DNA of 64,000 bases, taken from NCBI GenBank assembly GCA_050696355.1, contig JBOGVD010000085.1:5113-69112 (forward strand), given 5' to 3'. This document shows, piece by piece, positions 48,849 through 56,272 of this stretch (position 1 is its first letter; every line of letters starts with the position of its first letter). The position numbers and the translations under genes are program-made. The notes under the pieces are model-generated. The model was not told the origin of the DNA, did not search any database, and saw nothing but the letters and a program-made list of their open reading frames with translations. The stretch comes from Actinomycetota bacterium (GTDB lineage Bacteria; Actinomycetota; UBA4738; HRBIN12).

Positions 48849-49223
48849 CTACCTCCCCAGGCAGCGGCTGACGCGCGCGAGGAGCTCGGGCGGGCTGAAC
48901 GGTTTCGTGACGTAGTCGTCGGCGCCGAGCTCCAGCCCTCGGACGACGGCATCCTCCTGGCGCATCCCGGTGAGCACCAGGACGGGGACCGAGGCGCCGA
49001 GCTCGCGCCGGATGTCTCGGAGGAGGTCGAGACCGTTGCCGTCGGGCAGGTTGAGATCGAGCAGGACGAGGTCGTAGGTGCCGTCCGTGAAGAGCTTCCG
49101 TCCGTCCGACAGGCCCGCGACGACGTCCACGTCGTGACCCGCCGACGCGAGCGTGTGCTCCAGGACCGTTCGCACGGTCCAGTCGTCCTCGATCGCCAGG
49201 ATCGCGGCCACCCGTTCCCCCAT
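48849..49223 (-). CDS. stand-alone response-regulator receiver domain (CheY-like)
   Basis: 124 aa with IEDD acidic pocket, LVLLDLNLPD phospho-acceptor Asp, LTG and VTKPF. There is no output domain. Confidence 0.85.
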   Translation of the reverse strand: MGERVAAILAIEDDWTVRTVLEHTLASAGHDVDVVAGLSDGRKLFTDGTYDLVLLDLNLPDGNGLDLLRDIRRELGASVPVLVLTGMRQEDAVVRGLELGADDYVTKPFSPPELLARVSRCLGR

Positions 49224-49294
49224 GCACGCAGAGCGACCCCCGTGGCCGCTGCATATGGCATCGACCGAGGGGCGGGGTGCCTGTAGCAGAGGAC

Positions 49295-50512
49295 CTACGT
49301 CTCGACCGAGCGCTCCTCGAGGCCCCAAGGGGACCCGTGCTCGTGCAGGAGATCGAGGAACGGACGCGGCGCCATGGCCTCGGGACCCAGGACGCCGGCA
49401 CCGAACCAGGCGCCGGAGGCGAGCAGCTCGAGCGCGATCGCGGGATTGATCGCGGTCTGCCACACCACCGCCTGCGCCCCGTCGCGGCCCCAGGTCTCCT
49501 CGTTGTCGACCACGTGGGACAGGTACACCTGACGCGGAGCCCCGTCCGCGCCCTTCCCCCTGACCCACGTGCCGGCGCACGTCTTGCCGGTCATCCGGTC
49601 GCCGAGGGTCATCGGATCGGGCAGCGCGGCGGCCACCACGTCGCGGGGCGCGACCTCGACACCGCCCACCCGCACCGACTCGGTCCGATCGAGGCCGAGC
49701 TTGTGCAGGGTCTTCAGGACCTCGATGAACTCGTCGCCCAGCCCGTACTTGAACGTGACGCGGCGGCAGTCGATCCATCGAGGGACGAGGAGGACCTCCT
49801 CGTGCTCGACGTTGACGCACTCGATCGGCCCGATGCCCTCGGGGAACGTGAAGACCTCCGGCTCGCTGAAGGGCTCGGTGGTGAACCAGCCCCGATCCTT
49901 CTCCCAGATCACCGGCGGGTTGAGGCACTCCTCGATCGTCGTCCAGATCGAGAAGCTCGGGGCGAAGTCGTATCCCTCGACGACGAGGTTCGCGCCGTCG
50001 CGCACACCGATCTCGTCGATCTCCCCGAAGAGCTCGTCGGCCGCGTAGCGGGCGAACACGTCCGACATGCCCGGCTCGATCCCCATCCCCACCAGCGCGA
50101 GGAGTCCCCGTTCCTCCCACGCGCCGGCGCGAGCGAACTGCTCGTCGCCGAGCTTCACGCCCGGCTCCTCGTGCGGACGCTCGGGATGTGGCTCCGACAG
50201 GGACATCGCCATGTCGAGGTAGGTCGCGCCGGCGGCGAAGGCGCCGTCGAAGACAGGCATCACGAAGCGGGGGTCGACGGCGTTGAGGATCGCGTCGCAG
50301 CGGTTCGTTCGAGCGAGCTCGGCGACGGCATCGGCGTCACTCGCATCGACCTGCGCGGCCGAGAACCGGCCGTTCCCGTACCGGTCGACGACGCGCCGAG
50401 CCCGATCCTCGCGGGAGTCGGCGAAGACGATGTGCTCGTAGAAGTCGCGGCGCGCGACGATGGGCGCGAACGCCGACCCCACGCCGCCGCTGCCCACGAC
50501 CAGGATCCTCAT
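49295..50512 (-). CDS. saccharopine dehydrogenase family NAD(P)-binding protein
   Basis: MRILVVGSGGVGS Rossmann start, about 400 aa with the family's usual layout. Confidence 0.85.
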   Translation of the reverse strand: MRILVVGSGGVGSAFAPIVARRDFYEHIVFADSREDRARRVVDRYGNGRFSAAQVDASDADAVAELARTNRCDAILNAVDPRFVMPVFDGAFAAGATYLDMAMSLSEPHPERPHEEPGVKLGDEQFARAGAWEERGLLALVGMGIEPGMSDVFARYAADELFGEIDEIGVRDGANLVVEGYDFAPSFSIWTTIEECLNPPVIWEKDRGWFTTEPFSEPEVFTFPEGIGPIECVNVEHEEVLLVPRWIDCRRVTFKYGLGDEFIEVLKTLHKLGLDRTESVRVGGVEVAPRDVVAAALPDPMTLGDRMTGKTCAGTWVRGKGADGAPRQVYLSHVVDNEETWGRDGAQAVVWQTAINPAIALELLASGAWFGAGVLGPEAMAPRPFLDLLHEHGSPWGLEERSVET

Positions 50513-50593
50513 CGGCGCGGAGTGTAGCCGCGACGGTCGGCCCTGCCGGTTCGGGGTGTCGGAGACCCGAACCCGGTGGTGAGTGATCCCGGC

Positions 50594-51260
50594 TCAGCGA
50601 AGTGACGCCGCGAGCCGTGCGAGCAGATCCGGATCGCGCTCGTCGTCCAGGACGAAGATCGCGGTGTCGGCGCCGGCAGCCTCGTACCGTTCGGCCGCGT
50701 CGCGCACGCCTCGGAGTCCGACCTCGCGGAGCCAGATCTGGACCTGTCGCTCGATCGTGCGCCCGCCGGCGAGCTCGTCCACCGTTCGGCCAGCTCCGCG
50801 AACCGTTCGGCCTCGATCGACGACGCGTTCCAGGCATCGGCGTGCGCGGCGGCCACGGCGAGCCCCCGATCACCGGTGCCTCCGACCACCATCGGCGGCG
50901 ACTCGATCCCCAGGGGACCGAGGGAGGCGCCCCAGGGGACCGAGGGAGGCGCCGTCCAGGCCGAGGATCTCGTCGGAGACGGCCTCGCCCCGCCACAGGG
51001 CCGGCAAGGCCCGGCAACAGGCCTCGAGGCGGCGCACCCGTTCGGCGAACGACGGGAACGGGATGCCGGCCACCCGATGGTCATGTCGTGCGAGGTGCCA
51101 CGAACCCGTTCCGAGACCGATCTCGAGGCGGCCGCCGCTCGATGCCCGGGCGACGGCCAACTGCCCGGCGAGCAGGAGCGGGGGCCGCAGCGATGCGTTC
51201 AGCACGTGCACACCGAGGCGGATCCGTGAGTGTTCCCAGCCATCGATGGGTATGGGCCCC
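50594..51260 (-). pseudogene. LLM-class (luciferase-like, probably F420-dependent) oxidoreductase, decayed
   Basis: LLM-like segments lie in three frames: SRIRLGVHVLN...GGRLEIGLGTG...IPFPSFAERVRRLEACCRALPALWRGE; then PPMVVGGTGDRGLAVAAAHADAWN; then VDELAGGRTIERQVQIW...AGADTAIFVL. The N-terminal 60-70 aa are missing. Confidence 0.75.
50909..50952. repeat. perfect 22-bp tandem duplication (2 copies) inside the LLM pseudogene
   Basis: cccaggggaccgagggaggcgc occurs at 50909-50930 and again at 50931-50952. It encodes GASLGPLG twice in two different frames. Confidence 0.95.
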
Positions 51261-51292
51261 GGGACGTAGCCGACCGACTTAGGGAGTAGGAC

Positions 51293-51448
51293 ATGAAGAA
51301 GCTCCTCACGTTCGCGCCGCTCGCCGTGCTGCTCTCGGCGTGCGAGGACGCCGGGAACGCAGGTGACGACAACCTCCTGACCGGGGGATCGCTCGTCCTG
51401 ATCGTCATCATCGTGGTGGTGGTCATCCTCGTTCGAAGGCGGGGATAG
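51293..51448 (+). CDS. small lipoprotein-like protein with C-terminal TM helix (51 aa), hypothetical
   Basis: Not in the ORF track because it is under 60 aa. My translation is MKKLLTFAPLAVLLSACEDAGNAGDDNLLTGGSLVLIVIIVVVVILVRRRG. GGGAG lies about 8 nt upstream. Confidence 0.4.
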   Translation: MKKLLTFAPLAVLLSACEDAGNAGDDNLLTGGSLVLIVIIVVVVILVRRRG

Positions 51449-51511
51449 AAGGCTCGCCCCCGTCGGATCTCGGGACTGAAGGCGAAGGGGTCTCCGTGCC
51501 GATAGAGACAC

Positions 51512-51967
51512 ATGCTGAGATCCGAGGAGGAGCTCGTCGAGACCGCCCTGCTGAGGTACGCCCAGCAGGCGGCGACCAAGTGGGGCGCGAAGCGGTTCGC
51601 CGCCGAGTTTGAACGGCGCAACCAGGAGGAACGGTGGCTGGACGTCGAGGCGTCAGGCATCCGCCGTGCCCCGACGGTGAGGCACGCCGAGGATGTCGCG
51701 GTGGCCAGCCACCCGGCCCCTGTCGATGACTCCGTCCAGGACCGAGTGATCGGCCCCGAGCGAGAGACGTTCGTCCTGCGGCGCCCGAGGTACGAACGAC
51801 ACCCCTCCGTCCCACGGCCTCCAACCGAGGAGCCGCAGGCAGGTCGTCGCCGGGGACGTGGGAGACGACGTGACCGGGGCGCCACCAACGGCGCATGGAT
51901 GATCACGCCGGCAGAGGCGGCCAGGATGTCACCGGCCAGCCGCCGGCTGCACGGCTTGGCCGACTGA
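51512..51967 (+). CDS. hypothetical protein
   Basis: This frame has consistently G/C-ending codons in its first 100 or so codons. I recognised no family. Confidence 0.4.
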   Translation: MLRSEEELVETALLRYAQQAATKWGAKRFAAEFERRNQEERWLDVEASGIRRAPTVRHAEDVAVASHPAPVDDSVQDRVIGPERETFVLRRPRYERHPSVPRPPTEEPQAGRRRGRGRRRDRGATNGAWMITPAEAARMSPASRRLHGLAD

Positions 51968-52027
51968 GCGAACCCTGTTCCGAACGTAACCTCGACACAC
52001 GCGGGTCCACCGAGGCTCGGCCTGCAG

Positions 52028-52294
52028 TCAGTCTGATGAGGTCGGCCGTTCCGCGGGATCGGGTCGTCGGGGCTCGGGTGGAGGTGGTGGTGGGAGCGGC
52101 GGTCCCGTTGTTCTGGGGAGAAAAGCGCCTCGGAGCTTCAGGCCGATCACGAGCAGCACGACGCCAAGGATGTCGATCGGAGCGAAAGAGAAGAGCATCC
52201 CACCGGTGTCCAAGCGGACCTGCACGAGAAGCCAGCGCGCCAGTGCAAGCGATCCGAGGACGATCAACACCAGAGCCCAGTGTCGTCTGCTCAC
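52028..52294 (-). CDS. small membrane protein with a proline-rich tail, hypothetical
   Basis: Two predicted TM helices (WALVLIVLGSLALARWLL, IDILGVVLLVIGL). Confidence 0.45.
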   Translation of the reverse strand: MSRRHWALVLIVLGSLALARWLLVQVRLDTGGMLFSFAPIDILGVVLLVIGLKLRGAFLPRTTGPPLPPPPPPEPRRPDPAERPTSSD

Positions 52295-52511
52295 GCGAGC
52301 ACCATAAGACCTCGACGACTCGACGGCGCCGGAGGATCTTCGCGATCGACTTCTTCCGTGTCAAGGAAGGCCCGAGCAAGGCTCTGACCAGCTCCTTTGC
52401 TGGTCAGGCTCCCTTCCGACAACCTCAGGAGTTGGGTCAAGTACCGCCTGCTACGGTCGGCCCAGTGACTTGGCGTTGACCACACACCGCAACAATGAAA
52501 GGACGCTCGGG

Positions 52512-52664
52512 ATGCCGCCCGTCATCGTCGAAGACCCCGTCTGCGGGATGCGCCTCGACCCCGAGGACGCGGCCGCCACAGCCGACCACGAGGGTGCGAC
52601 GTACTACTTCTGCTCCCAGACGTGCCATGACGCGTTCGTCGCCGACCCGACCGCGTACGTCTGA
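52512..52664 (+). CDS. YHS/TRASH-domain metal-binding protein (50 aa)
   Basis: DPVCGMRL...YYFCSQTCHDAF. Start taken at ATG 52512. Confidence 0.7.
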   Translation: MPPVIVEDPVCGMRLDPEDAAATADHEGATYYFCSQTCHDAFVADPTAYV

Positions 52665-52674
52665 CCGGATCCGC

Positions 52675-53904
52675 ATGACGACGCCGGCCGACACGTTGAC
52701 CGAAGACGAGGTCGCGCAGCGAACCGGGACCAGTGTCGAGCGCGTCCGCCGACTGATGGAGCTCGGACTGCTGACGGCTCGGGATGGGCCGTTGCATCGC
52801 CGGGACGTGCTTCGTGTCCGGGTGATCGACGAGCTGGCGGGCACTGGGATCGACGCGGAAGCCCTCGCGGAAGCGCACGCTGCCGGCGAGCTGACGTTCG
52901 GGCATCTCGAGAGCGCCGGACGGCGCCACCCGCGTTCGGATACCACCTTCGCACAGCTTGGGAAGGAGTTGGGGGTCGAGTTCGAGACGGTCGAGGCGAT
53001 CTTCATCTCGTTCGGCCTTCCCCAGCCTCGGCCCGATGAGCAGATCCGCCTGGAAGACCTTGAGGCGCTCAAGACGCTCCCGGTCCTCCTCGGCGCAGGC
53101 GTGAGCGAGGGGCAGATCCTCCAGATGGCACGGGTCTGGGGCGACAGCGCGCGCCGGGTCGCCCAGTACCAGTCCCACTACATGCATGCCGTGATCGAGG
53201 AGCCCTTCCGCCAGCGGGGCCTCTCTGACAACGAAGCGTGGGAGGCCGCGTTCCGTGAGGTCGGGGTCCGCGCCGGTCGGTCCGGAGAGGATCTCCTCGG
53301 CTGGCTCTATCGGCGTCATTCCGAGACCTTCACCGTGGAGCATCAGTTCTCCCACGTCGAGACCGCTCTCGAGCGTGCGGGCGTTCGGGCACGAGCCACG
53401 GCGGAAGTGGAGGCCTCAGCCTTCGCCGACCTCACGGGTTACACGTCGCTCGCGGAGGAAGCAGGGGACGCGGCGGCGACGGAAGTGGCGCTCGCCCTGA
53501 GCCAGCTCGTCAAGGAGGTCGCGGCTCGGCATCGTGGAGAGGTCGTCAAGATGCTGGGTGACGGCGTCCACTTCCACTTCCGGGATCCCCACGACGCCGT
53601 GCGTGGTTCCCTCGACGTCGTCCGGCAGGTTCGTCCTCGGGGCCTGCCGCCCGCCCACGTGGGCATCAACGCCGGGCCGATGATCTACGACGAGGGCGAC
53701 TACTTTGGCCGAACCGTCAACGTCGCTGCCAGGATCGCTGCCCAGGCCGGCGCGGGCCAGGTGTTCGTGGGGGAGGAGCTCGTGCGGGTCGTCGAGCCCA
53801 AGGACTTCGCGCTACGCGAGGTTGGCTCGTTCGAGCTCAAGGGCGTTTCTCGACCGATCACGATCTTCGAGGCTACGGCCCACGTCGGCGAACACAACGA
53901 CTGA
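52675..53904 (+). CDS. class III adenylate/guanylate cyclase with an N-terminal MerR-like HTH region
   Basis: The C-terminal cyclase domain has AFADLTGYT, VKMLGDGVHFHF, VGINAGPMIYDEGDYFGRTVNVAARI and FELKGVSRPI. The N-terminus has LTEDEVAQRTGTSVERVRRLMELGLL. Confidence 0.85.
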   Translation: MTTPADTLTEDEVAQRTGTSVERVRRLMELGLLTARDGPLHRRDVLRVRVIDELAGTGIDAEALAEAHAAGELTFGHLESAGRRHPRSDTTFAQLGKELGVEFETVEAIFISFGLPQPRPDEQIRLEDLEALKTLPVLLGAGVSEGQILQMARVWGDSARRVAQYQSHYMHAVIEEPFRQRGLSDNEAWEAAFREVGVRAGRSGEDLLGWLYRRHSETFTVEHQFSHVETALERAGVRARATAEVEASAFADLTGYTSLAEEAGDAAATEVALALSQLVKEVAARHRGEVVKMLGDGVHFHFRDPHDAVRGSLDVVRQVRPRGLPPAHVGINAGPMIYDEGDYFGRTVNVAARIAAQAGAGQVFVGEELVRVVEPKDFALREVGSFELKGVSRPITIFEATAHVGEHND

Positions 53905-54059
53905 TCCTGTAGGTCAGCAGCGGTCGCAGCTCGACGAAGGCCCTCGTCCGACCGGACCCTGCCGGCTCCGTTGCCTGCCATATCACTCACGAGACGCGCG
54001 AGGGGCTCATCGTGTGACGAGTCTCGCGGACATCGGCACCTCCCCACCGCCCGCGTGTC

Positions 54060-54434
54060 TCACCCCGACTCGACGGCGAACAGGGCGCGAGGCGTGTCAA
54101 GGCCACGGAGCACATGCTCCCCGCGGTCAACGAATCGCGCGCCGGGCCCGCTCGCGAGGCTCTTCGTGGCGTCGGTGACGAGCACTTCTCCGGGTTGCGC
54201 GATCCCCAGCACCCGGACCGCCTCGTGGATCGCGATCCCCTGGAGATCGTTCCCCACTGGCTCCACCTCCCCCGTGTCCACAGCAGCCCGGATCTCGACG
54301 CCGTCCTCTGGGGCGACCGCGACCATCCGGGCCGCGCACCGGATCGCGCGTCCCGCGCCGCCCAGTACGGCGAGGACCCCGTCCCCGGTCGTCTTCACCT
54401 CGCGACCCCGGAACTGGGCGAGCACTTCACGCAT
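54060..54434 (-). pseudogene. 5'-truncated class III cyclase catalytic-domain fragment
   Basis: EVKTTGDGVLAV...AVDTGEVEPVGNDLQGIAIHEAVRV...PGEVLVTDAT...RGEHVLRGL. The first metal-binding strand is absent, and an in-frame stop lies just upstream at about 54467. Confidence 0.7.
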
Positions 54435-54447
54435 CCGCGCGTAGTGA

Positions 54448-54756
54448 CGGGCGAGGAGGTCGTTTCATCGACTGCCGCCGAGTTGGTTCGACGCCAAGCC
54501 GAAAGCGGTGCCCGTCGGCGTGTCGATCCCTGTGCACTGCCGCGTTCGCGCGGATCGCATCGATGCCGGCGGCGGGGTCACCCTCCGGCACGATTCCCGC
54601 CTGCACCACATCAAGGTGGGGCGTCGGCACGCCCGGATGCGGGTGCTGATGCTCGTGTCCGGACTCGACGTGCGGATCGTGTCCGAGGACGGGGAGCTGG
54701 TGCGTGAGCTCGTGCTCGATCCGAGCCGTGACTATCAGCCGATGGGATCGAGGTGA
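54448..54756 (+). mobile_element. IS481-family transposase, C-terminal remnant only
   Basis: ...AKPKAVPVG...HCRVRADRIDAGGGVTLRHDSRLHHIKVGRRHARMRVLMLVSGLDVRIVSEDGELVRELVLDPSRDYQP is the usual IS481 transposase tail. The DDE core is absent. The likely IS end sequence runs to about 54815. Confidence 0.7.
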
Positions 54757-55132
54757 ACGTGGAAGGATGTCCCGGGACACGTGTGAACGATGTCCCGAGA
54801 CATCACAGGAGTGGACCTGAAGGGACACTATTCAAACTCCCTTGAGGATCTGCAAGCGCTCCTCCACCTGCCATGACTCGGAGGCTAGCAACCTCTTGTG
54901 CACCCTGCGCGGGAAGGGGCGCGGCGCCTCTTGCTCACTTGGTCTCGAGCGGCGGTCAATGCGCCCAACAAGCGATGCGATATTCGAGGGAACCTTGTCT
55001 CCATCTAGCTGCCTTAGTTCCGACTGATGCGTTACATGATCGCTTCGCTTAACAGGTGGACCCTCTCGAGCCAGGACACCGCGCGGGCAACGGTCTTATC
55101 GTGTCGTTCGCCGCGGAGCTTGGGACGATTCG

Positions 55133-55510
55133 CTAAGGGATGCTGTCCAACTGCCCATCCAGACAGAAGGTGCTGTCATGCCATAGGTTTCTTCGAACAT
55201 ACTGTGACAAGGCACGGCATGATTCAGACCATGCCTTCCCGCCGCCCCCGCTGTCCACGTAGACAAGTCCATCCCGCGTCTCGAAGATCAGCAGGGACGA
55301 GGAGAGAGTTCCGATCCGATAGTAGCGCCCCGCGGGAGGCTCGGGAGCCTTCATTTGACTTCGGTATTGCCGAAGCAAGCGGCGTGGGAGTTCTCTTGCC
55401 TCGATCTGGCCAACGACACGGAGCTCACCCTCGGTGACCGAGGGAGATTGTGCGGAACAGCTCATGAGAACCATAGCTGCCAGGCATGCGCGCATCGGAG
55501 ATTTCCTCAC
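55133..55510 (-). CDS. hypothetical lipoprotein
   Basis: Lipobox LMSCSA. It lies in a lower-G+C region, so the choice of strand and frame is less secure. A competing plus-strand ORF exists. Confidence 0.5.
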   Translation of the reverse strand: MRKSPMRACLAAMVLMSCSAQSPSVTEGELRVVGQIEARELPRRLLRQYRSQMKAPEPPAGRYYRIGTLSSSLLIFETRDGLVYVDSGGGGKAWSESCRALSQYVRRNLWHDSTFCLDGQLDSIP

Positions 55511-55739
55511 ACCACCCCTATCGGCGCGGCGGCAAAGATACCTAAGGGGAGGAGCTGCCTGGTATCGACCAGAGAGAGCCAGCCTGCGTCATGAACCCGC
55601 CGCACTCGCTCCTTCGCACCGACGCGACCCGTGTTATCGTCGCAAGCGGTACGCCTTGGCACGCTGAGCAGGCGGGGGTGATCGGCTGGGATTCGGTCGG
55701 CGACACCGATACCGTACGAACGAGCACTGGGGAGGAACA

Positions 55740-56204
55740 ATGAGGGGATTCCGCTCGGCGTTGACAGCATCTGTGGCTCTGACGCTAACCTTGACCTTGA
55801 TGACCGCTTCTGCTGTGGCGGCGGAGGATTACGGACCTTGGCAGGCCTGGTCGGCAGGAGAGGGAACTACGGCCTCGTTCCGCGCCAGAATCGTCACTAA
55901 CGGAACGACTGCCACCGCCCATGGTTACGCCAAGAAGACAGGCGGATGCACGGGCACGCTCTGCGACCTAATCTATTTCGCTATCTCAGTGTCAGTCCAG
56001 AAGAATGGCACCGGCACAGTCGCTTCCGCTGTCTGCGAGCGAACCACTGCCTACAACTCGGAGCAAGAAGGGCACTGCCAAAAGGCGTACACGAAGACTG
56101 GGAGTACATACCGATCCAGAAATTTTGTGTGTTCGGATTCGAATCTCGGCTTCAGATGTAGTTCTGACGCAGGCCTCTTCTCCTATTCCAGCTACGTCGC
56201 CTAG
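55740..56204 (+). CDS. secreted cysteine-rich protein (6 Cys in the mature part), hypothetical
   Basis: GGGGAGG lies 5 nt upstream of the ATG. The signal peptide ends AVAAED. A strong hairpin follows the gene. Confidence 0.6.
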   Translation: MRGFRSALTASVALTLTLTLMTASAVAAEDYGPWQAWSAGEGTTASFRARIVTNGTTATAHGYAKKTGGCTGTLCDLIYFAISVSVQKNGTGTVASAVCERTTAYNSEQEGHCQKAYTKTGSTYRSRNFVCSDSNLGFRCSSDAGLFSYSSYVA

Positions 56205-56212
56205 AGTTGACG

Positions 56213-56248
56213 GGCAGGGTCTCGGCCGTCGGCCGAGACCCTTCTGCC
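56213..56248 (+). terminator. stem-loop downstream of the Cys-rich protein gene
   Basis: gggtctcggcc-gtc-ggccgagaccc is an 11-bp perfect stem, extended by ggcag/ctgcc. The T tract is weak. Confidence 0.5.
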
Positions 56249-56272
56249 ACGTCGCCACTTGTGTCGGCCCCG

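Noticed and set aside
54830-55132. A minus-strand open frame ending ...SELRQLDGDKVPSNIASLVGRIDRRSRPSEQEAPRPFPRRVHKRLLASESWQVEERLQILKGV.
   Set aside because: There is no usable start codon after the upstream in-frame TAA. It may be a gene relic, but I cannot support a CDS.
55027-55437. A plus-strand 136-aa ORF overlapping the minus-strand lipoprotein call.
   Set aside because: It is Cys/Arg-rich with no signal or motif. The minus-strand ORF has a proper lipobox and a more protein-like composition. This choice is still uncertain because G+C is lower here.
56120-56145. ggattcgaatc inside the Cys-rich protein gene, considered as a possible copy of the tRNA T-arm (an att repeat).
   Set aside because: Only about 11 nt match, the match is inside a coherent CDS, and there is no flanking tRNA-like sequence. 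Serine recombinases do not generate long direct repeats in any case.
55740-56204. Calling the Cys-rich secreted protein a lactococcin-972-type bacteriocin or a subtilisin-inhibitor-like protein.
   Set aside because: I could not find the characteristic motifs of either family by eye. I left it as hypothetical.
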